From NCBI GenBank assembly GCA_964508365.1, contig CAZDTP010000009.1, forward strand, positions 865 to 64,864: 64,000 bases of DNA, in the 5' to 3' direction. The notes under the pieces were generated by a model. It was given only the letters and a program-made list of their open reading frames with translations. It was not told the origin of the DNA and ran no database searches. The translations under genes were made by a program, and so were the position numbers. The DNA comes from an uncultured archaeon. GTDB taxonomy: Archaea; Asgardarchaeota; Lokiarchaeia; Sigyniarchaeales; SOKP01. This document shows, in pieces, positions 52,193 through 61,775 of the stretch. Each line of letters begins with the position of its first letter. Positions within the stretch are counted from its first letter, which is position 1.

Positions 52193-53587
52193 ATGGTTAA
52201 AATGACTTCACGCGTACAAACCTTAGATGAACTTAATAAAAATGGTCGAATTGTGGGAAGGGCTAATTATATATTTACACCCGAGATATCGAGTTCTATT
52301 GGTTCTATTCATGGGAGTTCTTTTAAGGAAGACGAGACGATTGTTATTGGACGAGATTATCATAACGATAGCCGCATGTTAAAGAGAGCATATACTGCCG
52401 GTGTAATGAGCACTGGAGTAAATGTATTGAATCTATCAGAATCTACATTTCCATTATTAGAATTCACCATAAGGCGATTTGGAGCAAGCGGAGGAACCTA
52501 TTTTTCAGGAGGTCATCTTTATAGTGAAGATGTCGGAGTAAGATTTGCAGATGCAGGAGGAATAGAATTAGCTCCTCTGGAAATAAAAAAAATCATTGAA
52601 TCATACAATACGTACCCAACTCAAATTAGACGTGTTGAACCTAGGAAGATTGGACGTATTATTGAAATCCCTCAGACTCAAGATGTGTATATTAAATCGT
52701 TAGAACAATTTGTCAACAAAAAACTAATCAAAAAGGCTAATTTAAAAATAGTTGTAGATTGTTCATTCAGTCCAACTGGAAAAATAACTCCTCTCTTAAT
52801 CAATGAAGTAGGGGTTGAAGTAATTGCGCTAAATACTCATTATCGTGAGAGATCACTAGTTCCTGTTCCAAGCATAAATACAATTAAGAATACTGCGGAT
52901 ATCGTAAAAGCATCAAATAGTCATTTAGGAGTATGTTTTGATGTTGATGGATCACGATTATTAGCAATAGATGAAAATGGCTCAGAAATTAGTTTCGAAG
53001 ATATGTTGATGTTGTTCGTTGCTTATGATGAAGGAATCCAAAAGGCTAAAAATAGTACGATAGTTATGACACCTTCAATCTCTCGCGTTGTTAAAGATTT
53101 TATAAAGGCGAGTGGACATCCAATCAAATTCGTAGAAAATTACCCAGGTGAGCTTTCGCGTCAAATTAGACAAGAACGAGCTTGTTTTGCAGCAGCAGAT
53201 TCCTTGAAATTTTATTTTCCGCATTATTCTCCTATAAGCGATGGTAACTATATTTTACTCAAAATTTTAGAAATAATGGCTATTCAAAAGGATTTAATAA
53301 GTTCTCTTACGAAAGGGTTTCCCAAGGGTATAAAAGTCAATAAAACAATACCAGTTTCATCAGAGGTATTGGAAACAATACATAACAGATTAATCGAGTT
53401 TGCAGATGAACACAACTTAACGTATCAAGATATAATAAATGAAATAAAAATAATTGATGATGATATATACATAATTATTAGAGCAGCTCTTAATAGAAAT
53501 GCGGTATTACTCTCTGCAGAGTCAGATAACAAAATTAAATCAGAAAAAATGATTTCGGAGCTTTCAGAAATAATTTCCAAATTTTAA
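52193..53587 (+). CDS. phosphoglucomutase/phosphomannomutase-family protein with divergent active-site loop
   Basis: The metal loop CFDVDGSRLLAID (DxDxxR) and four-domain length fit the PGM/PMM family. The expected T-A-S-H-N-P phosphoserine loop reads F-S-G-G-H-L (52502-52519). Confidence 0.6.
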   Translation: MVKMTSRVQTLDELNKNGRIVGRANYIFTPEISSSIGSIHGSSFKEDETIVIGRDYHNDSRMLKRAYTAGVMSTGVNVLNLSESTFPLLEFTIRRFGASGGTYFSGGHLYSEDVGVRFADAGGIELAPLEIKKIIESYNTYPTQIRRVEPRKIGRIIEIPQTQDVYIKSLEQFVNKKLIKKANLKIVVDCSFSPTGKITPLLINEVGVEVIALNTHYRERSLVPVPSINTIKNTADIVKASNSHLGVCFDVDGSRLLAIDENGSEISFEDMLMLFVAYDEGIQKAKNSTIVMTPSISRVVKDFIKASGHPIKFVENYPGELSRQIRQERACFAAADSLKFYFPHYSPISDGNYILLKILEIMAIQKDLISSLTKGFPKGIKVNKTIPVSSEVLETIHNRLIEFADEHNLTYQDIINEIKIIDDDIYIIIRAALNRNAVLLSAESDNKIKSEKMISELSEIISKF

Positions 53588-53769
53588 TCACCAAAAACAC
53601 TAAAATTTAATTACATGAAAAGTTAAATTATTACTAATTTCATAATATTATTTTTAATACCATGAAGCGAAATCAAAAATGGTCTGGTATTAATTTAAAA
53701 TAATATGTTGTTATAATATATATAATTGATAACTAAATTAAAAATAATAATAAGAAGGGAGTATTAATT

Positions 53770-54462
53770 GTGGCTGGATTTGATATAAATTCTATAATTA
53801 TCACAGGAACTTTATTCGTTATATTTGGAGTCTTTTTATTTTTTGATCTGTTCAAGAGAAACGAAAGATATGGTTATTTAGCGTATATTGTTGCTCTAGT
53901 ACCTATAAATTTCCTTTGGTTTCTTCAGTTTGATGTTCTTGGGGTGTACTTAATATTATTTATCCTATGGAATTTATGCTTATTAAGGGACCTGTTTGGA
54001 GTAGCACGTACAAAGGATCCAAAAGAAATCAACGACATAGTATTGTACTTGGTATTAGGAGTAATCATCCAAATCATTATAACAGCGATTTTACCAGTGT
54101 CAATAATAAGTATGCAAACTAATACTATTCCATATGGATTTTTCTATTTTCCTGATATTTATACTGAGGCATTTGGTATTGAACTTTGGGTGAATCCTAC
54201 AATATTGTTGGCCTTCCGAATTACTGCTTCTGTGTTAATAGGATTAGTCATCGTTCCTTTGCTTGTTGATCTTAGAGATGAAGAGGTACCTCTTCCAGTA
54301 TTCATAATTATAATTGGTTTGTTTATCCTACCTTTTCTATATCTAAGTTATATATGGCTACCCGAAGCAATGGGAGTATTAACTTTTCTTATGAGCGTAA
54401 TCTTGTTTATCGTGCTATTACTTATCACTCGTAGTGGGAAGGAAGTCCAGAAAAAGAAATAA
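53770..54462 (+). CDS. polytopic membrane protein (unknown function)
   Basis: 230 aa with about 7 hydrophobic helices and a basic C-terminal tail. GTG start. Confidence 0.5.
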   Translation: MAGFDINSIIITGTLFVIFGVFLFFDLFKRNERYGYLAYIVALVPINFLWFLQFDVLGVYLILFILWNLCLLRDLFGVARTKDPKEINDIVLYLVLGVIIQIIITAILPVSIISMQTNTIPYGFFYFPDIYTEAFGIELWVNPTILLAFRITASVLIGLVIVPLLVDLRDEEVPLPVFIIIIGLFILPFLYLSYIWLPEAMGVLTFLMSVILFIVLLLITRSGKEVQKKK

Positions 54463-54562
54463 ACTATAATTTTTATTTTTTTGTTATTATTTTTATATAT
54501 ATAGAATTAAACATTATCGAAATCAGTAAAAATAATATAAAACCTTAAGTGGTGCTAAGGCA

Positions 54563-55561
54563 ATGGCTAAGAAAAATGCAGAATCTAAAGAAGATGAACA
54601 AAATGGTACAATTAAAACTGAAGTAGTTTACAATCTTAAGGACCTACCCGGAGTAGGAGATACTACTGTAAAAAAGTTACAAGACTCGGGCATTGTTTCA
54701 ATTAGGACTTTAGCTATTTATCCCATTACTAAATTGATGGAAGATGCGGGGATAGGAGAAAAAACTGCTCAAAAGATAATTAAAGCTGCTCAAGATATTG
54801 AAAATATGGGCTTTAAAAGTGCTGATATAATCTGGGAAAAGAGAAAACAAATGAATAGGTTAACAACAAGCAGTTCTACATTAGACGAAATATTAGCAGG
54901 AGGTGTGGAACCAGGGTCTGTAACTGAATTTTATGGTGAATATAGAACAGGAAAAACTCAAATAGCTCATCAACTTTGTGTTAATGTCCAACTACCATAT
55001 GACGAAGGAGGACTTGAAGGTAATGCACTTTATATCGATACTGAAGCAACCTTTAGACCTGAAAGAATAATTCAGATGGCTGAAGCTAAAGACTTGGATT
55101 ATCATAAGATACTACAAAATATCACTGTTGGTAGAGCATATAATTCGGATCATCAAGTACTCCTAATCCAAGAAGCAGCAAAGATCGTTAAAGAAAAAAA
55201 TATTAAACTGGTTGTTGTAGATTCAATAATAGGACATTTTCGTAGCGAATATGTTGGAAGAGGCACATTAGCTAATCGTCAACAAACTTTGAATGTCCAT
55301 ATTCATGATTTATTGCGATTAACGGAAATCTTTGACGAATTAGCTGTCATTTTTACAAATCAAGTTTCGTCGAAACCTGATGTATTTTATGGAAATCCCA
55401 CAGTCGCTACTGGAGGAAATATTTTAGCTCACGGGGCTACTGTAAGAATTTATTTAAGAAAAGGGAAGGGAGAACAGAGAGTAGCAAAAATGATTGACGC
55501 GCCTCATTTACCCGAAGCAGAGGCAGTTTTCTCAATTACTGATGGTGGGATAAAAGATTAA
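54563..55561 (+). CDS. radA: DNA repair and recombination protein RadA
   Basis: The N-terminal HhH is LKDLPGVGDTTVKKLQDSG...GIGEKTAQKII. Walker A is GEYRTGKTQ and Walker B is KLVVVDS. The C-terminal ATGGNILAHGATVRIYLRKGKG is typical of RadA/Rad51. Confidence 0.95.
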   Translation: MAKKNAESKEDEQNGTIKTEVVYNLKDLPGVGDTTVKKLQDSGIVSIRTLAIYPITKLMEDAGIGEKTAQKIIKAAQDIENMGFKSADIIWEKRKQMNRLTTSSSTLDEILAGGVEPGSVTEFYGEYRTGKTQIAHQLCVNVQLPYDEGGLEGNALYIDTEATFRPERIIQMAEAKDLDYHKILQNITVGRAYNSDHQVLLIQEAAKIVKEKNIKLVVVDSIIGHFRSEYVGRGTLANRQQTLNVHIHDLLRLTEIFDELAVIFTNQVSSKPDVFYGNPTVATGGNILAHGATVRIYLRKGKGEQRVAKMIDAPHLPEAEAVFSITDGGIKD

Positions 55562-55737
55562 CGAAGTGCGTTAACTAAATTAAAAGAAATAATAATAATT
55601 AATAGTTGAGATTTAGTTCAATATCAATGCCTTCTCTTACGGCTGGAGTAACAATGTAATATTTCTCGAACATCTTTTACATTATTTTATTTTATCAATT
55701 ACAATTTAGAATACATAATAGAATTTTTTTATAATTT

Positions 55738-57099
55738 TTAAAGGCATTTTTTCCTCGCTACATTCGCGGCTATAAGAATAGAATCCCAAACTGGAGCAAA
55801 GGGAGGTGCATAAGAAAGATCAAGCTTTTGAATATCTTCTATTGTCATTTTCGCTGCTAATGCTGTTGCTAGAACATCTATTTTCTTTCCACCTAACGGA
55901 GAAGGCGCCGTAATCTCTGCTCCTAACAGATGATGAGTTTTCACGTCAAATAATAAATATGTAGTCATTTTGAGTTCGAACTGATTTCCTCTATTTGGAT
56001 AATAATGAGCGATTTCGTTGCTTTCTACTAAAACTGAATCCGTTTCATATCCTAATTCTTTAGCTTCTGTTTCTGTAATCCCAGTTTTTCCACAATATAA
56101 ATCAAATACTTTCCAAACAGAAGTTCCAAGTACCCCAGGAAATGGATCTACTTTTTTACCTGCAATTACATTTCCAGCAATTCTTCCTTGTTTATTCGCA
56201 GCGGGGGCAAGAGGGATATATGCTTTTCTTTTTAAAATTTGATGGTAAACTGTTGTGCAATCACCAGCTGCAAAAACATTTTCAATATTAGTTCTCATGT
56301 ACTCATCTACAATTATTGCGCCATTTATCATTTTCAGTTTTGTACCTTTAAAAATATCCGTATTCGGCACTACTCCTATAGAAATCTGTATAAAATCTGC
56401 TTCTAAAGACTCTCCATCCTCAAAATTAATCCTTAATCGTTTGTCTGAAATAGCTTCTAGGTTTTTAGCATATTTTCCGAGAATCACTTTGATTCCGTTT
56501 TTTTTAAGTTCTTTTTTAATATATTCTTGGCTTTTTGTCCTAAAAATCAGCCGGGGTCCAACTATAGTTAAATCATCAATACCTTGTGCTTTATAGGCTT
56601 CGACCAGTTCCAGATTGATATAACCAGCTCCAAGAAGAATTCCAGATTTGAGTCCTTTTCCGTTTAGAAAATTTTTTACTTTATCAGCATCCTCGATAGT
56701 ATGTACATGAAAGATATGATTATGTTCAAGAATTAGTTCCGGACGCATTTTGGGTTTACCACCAGTCGCAATTACCAAGTAGTCATAGTCTCTCTCGAAG
56801 ATTTCATTAGTCTTAATATCTTTAACTTTAATTATTTTTGCATTAAAATTTACAGATAATACCTCTTGATATATGTGAACTGGAATATTTCTTGTTTCTA
56901 GAAATTCTTCTTTGGTAATAGTAATTAACTTATCTCGATCTTCAACGATTCCACTTATATAATAAGGAAGACCACATGAACCATATGAAATATAAGGCCC
57001 TTTTTCGTAAACATCAATTATCCAATCGGGATGTGCTCTTCTTACTGCACTCGCAGCACTCAAACCAGCTGGATTTCCTCCTATTACAACTAATTTCAT
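55738..57099 (-). CDS. CoA-disulfide reductase / NADH oxidase family flavoprotein
   Basis: FAD motif VVIGGNPAGLSAA, redox Cys context SYGSCGLPYY, second dinucleotide fold ILLGAGYINLE, and AAGDC. Confidence 0.85.
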   Translation of the reverse strand: MKLVVIGGNPAGLSAASAVRRAHPDWIIDVYEKGPYISYGSCGLPYYISGIVEDRDKLITITKEEFLETRNIPVHIYQEVLSVNFNAKIIKVKDIKTNEIFERDYDYLVIATGGKPKMRPELILEHNHIFHVHTIEDADKVKNFLNGKGLKSGILLGAGYINLELVEAYKAQGIDDLTIVGPRLIFRTKSQEYIKKELKKNGIKVILGKYAKNLEAISDKRLRINFEDGESLEADFIQISIGVVPNTDIFKGTKLKMINGAIIVDEYMRTNIENVFAAGDCTTVYHQILKRKAYIPLAPAANKQGRIAGNVIAGKKVDPFPGVLGTSVWKVFDLYCGKTGITETEAKELGYETDSVLVESNEIAHYYPNRGNQFELKMTTYLLFDVKTHHLLGAEITAPSPLGGKKIDVLATALAAKMTIEDIQKLDLSYAPPFAPVWDSILIAANVARKKCL

Positions 57100-57310
57100 C
57101 TTTTTTTAACTTTTTTAATGTTTTAAAAATATAAAAAACAAATGATTGATTTTATTAAAACATAAATGAATATTTTATTTTCTTATTAATCGTTTAAGAT
57201 TATCCAAATGTTATACTATTTATAATTTTTTAAGATAAAACCAATTGTTTTAAATCTAATTCGAGAATTTCTTATTTTAGAAGTTGTAAATAAAGGAGAA
57301 TAGCTAAAAA

Positions 57311-57907
57311 TCATACTTCCTTGTTTTCTATGCTTTTCAATTTAAAATGTCGAGTTAAATGAAAAAATAATCCTATAAAATAAAGAATTATGATAAAAAT
57401 AAATTGAATGGCAAATATGATAGTAAATACCAACATAAGGATAAATAATATTGCTTCAATTCCCAAACTTACCTTGCTACTATAATATTTTGAATCGAAA
57501 AAAGATTCTGCTTTTTTGAATTTTGACAAGTATTTAGATAGATTTTCAAATTCCTCCTTTGATATTAATAATTTCAAACCAATTTGCTTTTTTTGAAAAT
57601 AGAATAAATTAGTACCCCAATCAAAAGTGTCTATAATAACATGGATAGAATACGCTACACCGCTAAAAGCTAATATTGACCAATTAATAATTATTCCAAA
57701 CAATAGCATAAGAAAACCAGGAATTATTGAATGAGAAATAAGCATCCTATGATTGTGATCTATTGCATATTTAGTAAAAAATACATCAAGATCGCAAATA
57801 AAAGAAAACAAAACGATGAAAACGAATTCAAATAAAGAAAAGCTGTAGAAATAGTTTAAAATTGAAGCAAATATTACACCTACGGCAAAATGACTGTTTA
57901 TATGCAA
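57311..57907 (-). CDS. membrane protein, possibly YdjM/DUF457-type metal-dependent hydrolase
   Basis: 198 aa, hydrophobic. His residues sit near helix ends (MHINSHFAVG, DHNHRMLISH, HVIIDTFD). TTG start. Confidence 0.35.
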   Translation of the reverse strand: MHINSHFAVGVIFASILNYFYSFSLFEFVFIVLFSFICDLDVFFTKYAIDHNHRMLISHSIIPGFLMLLFGIIINWSILAFSGVAYSIHVIIDTFDWGTNLFYFQKKQIGLKLLISKEEFENLSKYLSKFKKAESFFDSKYYSSKVSLGIEAILFILMLVFTIIFAIQFIFIIILYFIGLFFHLTRHFKLKSIENKEV

Positions 57908-57927
57908 TTTTTTTACCTAAAAAAGAT

Positions 57928-58908
57928 TTAATTAATATAATTTTTGCTTGCTACTCTTTTTAAAATTCTTTTTCTTGTTTCAAATCCCTTTGGACCCTTT
58001 TTTTCCACTAAAAAAGAAGCTGCTGCTGAAGCTAGGTGAGCGTTTTTTTCAATCTCCTCCCAAGTCATATCAGAATTCAATAATTCATATAAAAATATTG
58101 TTAAATAAACATCTCCTGCTCCAGTTTCATCTAAAACTCTCTTTGGTGTATAAGCAGGTATTTTTAAAAGATTTTGACCATTTTTTAATATCAATGATCC
58201 TGCTTCTCCCATTGTCATAATATATATTGCTTTATTCTCAAATTTCTTGAAATAATCCATTACTTTTTGAGGTTCTGTATGATTTGATAATAATTTCATC
58301 TCAACTTCAGATCCCTTAAGAATTAGTCTATCTCCAATTAAATTAATTATCTCTATCATATTTGAGATAATAGCTTCATCTCTAACATACGATACTCCTC
58401 CATCGCCATTAATATATCTAATAAATCCCTGCAAGTCAATTCCAAGATAGGTATTTGGAAACGTACTTACTACTTTTGATACATATTCTAAAGAAATTTC
58501 GTTACACAGAGGTGCTAGTACAAGAATGCTAGGAGGAGTAGACAGGATTTTTTCGGGAATATCTTCAAATATTAGTTTAGGACTGCAGGATTTAAGAGTT
58601 AATCTCCTCGAATGATTTGAATAATTTAATTCAAAATCAGTGTTATCAGTTTCGAATGTTTTTACACCGCTGAAATCAATATTCTTATCGCTAAAATGTT
58701 TTAATAAAGATTTATTAAAATTTTGAATTCCTAAATTAGAGATAATGCTAATTTTTATTGAATTTGTATACTTTTTAAGAGCAAGGGACCCGAAAGTCAC
58801 AGATCCACCTAAGGACGGTTTTCTTTTTTGTTTAAACCGAATGATTGTATCAATTGCATAATGTCCAATGAGTAAAAATGATACTGATTCTTTCTTTCGA
58901 ATAACCAT
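57928..58908 (-). CDS. PfkB-family carbohydrate/nucleoside kinase
   Basis: The C-terminal DETGAGDVYLTIF (DTxGAGD motif) and N-terminal GG dipeptide region SLGGSVTFGS. Confidence 0.75.
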   Translation of the reverse strand: MVIRKKESVSFLLIGHYAIDTIIRFKQKRKPSLGGSVTFGSLALKKYTNSIKISIISNLGIQNFNKSLLKHFSDKNIDFSGVKTFETDNTDFELNYSNHSRRLTLKSCSPKLIFEDIPEKILSTPPSILVLAPLCNEISLEYVSKVVSTFPNTYLGIDLQGFIRYINGDGGVSYVRDEAIISNMIEIINLIGDRLILKGSEVEMKLLSNHTEPQKVMDYFKKFENKAIYIMTMGEAGSLILKNGQNLLKIPAYTPKRVLDETGAGDVYLTIFLYELLNSDMTWEEIEKNAHLASAAASFLVEKKGPKGFETRKRILKRVASKNYIN

Positions 58909-59022
58909 CTATTCTTCATTAAATATCTTATTATTCATAAAATTTACTTAATAAAAAGTGAGTGAGAGAATTCAATAGTCATTTCACGAAAAAGCTTTTC
59001 AAATTTGTAAAAGGAGGTTTAA

Positions 59023-60114
59023 CTACTTTTTTAGAATCTTTTGATTCAAATCAGCAATTTCTTTTTCCTTTTCAGATAGCGTGGCTTTTAACTTGTTTAT
59101 GTTTTTCTGCAAATTTTCAACTAATTCAGCCATAGGATTGCTCGGATCTGAAGTAGGAGAAATTGTTGATAATTTTAAATCGGCTATTATGCTTTCTTTC
59201 TCCCTAACTTTGTTTTCAAGATTCTGGATTTTCTGTTCGAATTCCTCAGAAGTAATTAAAGGTGCTTCTGTTTTACTACTTTTAAGAGAATTTTGTAATT
59301 CTGCAAGTTTTTTTTTTAGTAATTCGTTTTCTTTTTCTAAAGGTTCGAATTCATTATCAGAAAGATTAATATCCTTTCCTTCTAACGCGTTTGTTAGTAC
59401 GTTCTTTTCTTTCTTTAATTTTTCGACAATGCGTTTGTATTTAGTCAAATCTGATTGAAGATCTTTGCACAAGGCTTCAAGAGGTTTAGCTGAAGTCTCA
59501 GGAGGCATAGGTTTAATCACCTTTTGTTCAGGAACACTCGCTTGGACTACAATATCGACGGGTTTGCTTTTTAATTCTTCTTCGTAGTCTTGGTTTAGTC
59601 GTTCTACTTCATTTGATAATTCTGTTGTTTTACGCTCTAAATTTTGTATGATCATATCCTTTTTCGATATCTCAGATTTCAATTCCTCAATAATTATATG
59701 TTCTGTTGTAGAATCTGTTCCAATTTGTGTGTTTGCTTGAGTTTGTAAATGTACTATCACTGTATCCTTTGATTTAATTTCTTCATCCTTCTCTAATAAT
59801 AATTTTACCATACTTTTAACTTTATTTCCCAATTCTGAGTTATCTTGCTTTAAACCATCTAATTTCATAGCTATTTCTGTTACAGCTTCATCTTTTTCAA
59901 TTCTAAGTCTCTCTTTTTCTTTAACTGCTTTTTTAAGTATTTCTTCAGATTTGGTTATCAATTCAATGTTCGCAGCAATTTTGTTTCGTAATTGTTCGTT
60001 CTCTTTTTGTATATCTCCAATTAAAGAGGGCGTGTTCTCTGTTGCTAATTTCTTTTTCCAAAGGGAAATAAAATCTTCGACTTTCTCCTCGTTTTCCTCC
60101 GGCATATTTCTCAA
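59023..60114 (-). CDS. coiled-coil protein
   Basis: 363 aa. The sequence is almost entirely K/E/L/N heptad-like. No globular motif recognised. Confidence 0.55.
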   Translation of the reverse strand: MRNMPEENEEKVEDFISLWKKKLATENTPSLIGDIQKENEQLRNKIAANIELITKSEEILKKAVKEKERLRIEKDEAVTEIAMKLDGLKQDNSELGNKVKSMVKLLLEKDEEIKSKDTVIVHLQTQANTQIGTDSTTEHIIIEELKSEISKKDMIIQNLERKTTELSNEVERLNQDYEEELKSKPVDIVVQASVPEQKVIKPMPPETSAKPLEALCKDLQSDLTKYKRIVEKLKKEKNVLTNALEGKDINLSDNEFEPLEKENELLKKKLAELQNSLKSSKTEAPLITSEEFEQKIQNLENKVREKESIIADLKLSTISPTSDPSNPMAELVENLQKNINKLKATLSEKEKEIADLNQKILKK

Positions 60115-60149
60115 AATTTTTTCTTTAATTTTAGGTTTTTTATTTTATA

Positions 60150-61040
60150 TCATTTTATTAATATTCCTGAAAAGTATCCAACACAATATCCGTACTCACC
60201 CCGAATATCACTACTAGTGTAATACTTTAACAGTTCTCCCTTGGTAGCGTCTAATTTCATACAAGTTAACATCAGAGTTGTAATTGTTTGTGCACCACAT
60301 ACCGTCGTTTTCAGTGCATTTAAAAGCGTTTTTTCAGGATCTAGCGCTACAAACGCATCAATAACATCTTGATCAACTTTTTTAAAATCAATTAATTGTT
60401 GTTTACTTGTAATATTTTTGTGCGACATATCAGATGAAGCCACAATCACGATATCTTTATTCGATGATTTTATTACTGAAGAAATATCTGTAGATATTTG
60501 CTCATATACTTCATAGTCCTTTCTTCCTCCAATTTTTATCGTTAAGATCTTTACATCTTTACTCTTAGAGCAATATTTTATGAAAGGAAGCTGAATTTCT
60601 ATATTGTGTTCTTGTTCCATAAAACCAGTAAAAGCGGAACGGTCTTCGACGATTGTATTGCTTATGTCTAAGATTCCATTAGCAATATCACTATCAATTT
60701 GTAAATTCCCAAGTGGAGTTTCCCATTGACCATCTGCAAGCAGAGCCACCTTACCATAGCCAACATGGTCAGTTCCCAAAACAATAATCGTATCTGGGAT
60801 TTTTTCTTTAAAGAGATTTAAATAAGTATGAGCTGCACATCTTCCAGAAAAGGCGTATCCTGCGTGAGGAGAAACTCCGCCTATTATTGTTCTTGTATCT
60901 TGATTTAATGTTTCAGGTAACGAACCAGGTCCAAATTCACTTTCAGAAAAACAATATTCTAATTCTCTATTTAAATCTTCACGATTTTTAGGGTACCAAC
61001 TTCCCGCGTGTGATGCCTTTCTTATTACCAATTTTTTCAC
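60150..61040 (-). CDS. MEMO1-family protein (AmmeMemoRadiSam system protein B)
   Basis: RKASHAGSWYP, GVSPHAGYAFSG, GTDH and SSDMSH are the conserved MEMO blocks. GTG start. Confidence 0.85.
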   Translation of the reverse strand: MKKLVIRKASHAGSWYPKNREDLNRELEYCFSESEFGPGSLPETLNQDTRTIIGGVSPHAGYAFSGRCAAHTYLNLFKEKIPDTIIVLGTDHVGYGKVALLADGQWETPLGNLQIDSDIANGILDISNTIVEDRSAFTGFMEQEHNIEIQLPFIKYCSKSKDVKILTIKIGGRKDYEVYEQISTDISSVIKSSNKDIVIVASSDMSHKNITSKQQLIDFKKVDQDVIDAFVALDPEKTLLNALKTTVCGAQTITTLMLTCMKLDATKGELLKYYTSSDIRGEYGYCVGYFSGILIK

Positions 61041-61138
61041 CTTGTTATAAATAACATTTGTTTAAAAATATATATACTTTCATTTGTTGGAAACTAAATT
61101 GAAAGAATTATTAAACAATTCTAAATAAATCTTATTAG

Positions 61139-61741
61139 ATGACTGATGATAAAGAAACCCCTATTTCACTGGAAGACATAGACGAAAAAGACATCCCAGA
61201 AAGAATCCCAACTAAATATTTAAACAACCGTGTGATTGTTTTTAACCCCCTCTTTGCATCATATTTATATGTTAAAATGAATTTTTTTGGGTCTCCTCTG
61301 GGGATAAGTAAGCCCCGTTTAGAGTATTTTTCTAAACCCTCAGAATTATCATTAATCGAAGCACTATTTTTGCTGAAAAATGATAAAATTACAATCTTTG
61401 ACCCAAAATTAGATAAATATTACTCTCATGATGAATTTTATGATATCTGTAAAAAAATTCACCATAAATTTGAAGAAAAATTCATAATTTACCAAGATTT
61501 ACGGCAAAAAGGCTATGTTCCTCGTCCAGGACTTAAGTTTGGAGCCGATTTTGTAGTATATAAAAAAGGTCCGGGATTAGAGCATTCACCCTTTATCGCA
61601 CATGTTTTACCGCATGACGCAAAAATAACTGCTATTGATATGGTTCGAGCTGGAAGATTAGCTACATCAGTTCGAAAGAAGTTTGTAATTGCTAATCCGC
61701 TAACCATGAGTTATTACTTTTTTGAGTGGTTTAAACCTTAA
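61139..61741 (+). CDS. endA: tRNA-splicing endonuclease
   Basis: The C-terminal catalytic domain is LRQKGYVPRPGLKFGADFVVYKKGPGLEHSPFIAHV...RLATSVRKKFVIA (G-x-D-F-x-x-Y ... H ... K). Confidence 0.85.
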   Translation: MTDDKETPISLEDIDEKDIPERIPTKYLNNRVIVFNPLFASYLYVKMNFFGSPLGISKPRLEYFSKPSELSLIEALFLLKNDKITIFDPKLDKYYSHDEFYDICKKIHHKFEEKFIIYQDLRQKGYVPRPGLKFGADFVVYKKGPGLEHSPFIAHVLPHDAKITAIDMVRAGRLATSVRKKFVIANPLTMSYYFFEWFKP

Positions 61742-61775
61742 TTTAAGAGTTAGAAAAACCGAAATTGGATATTCT

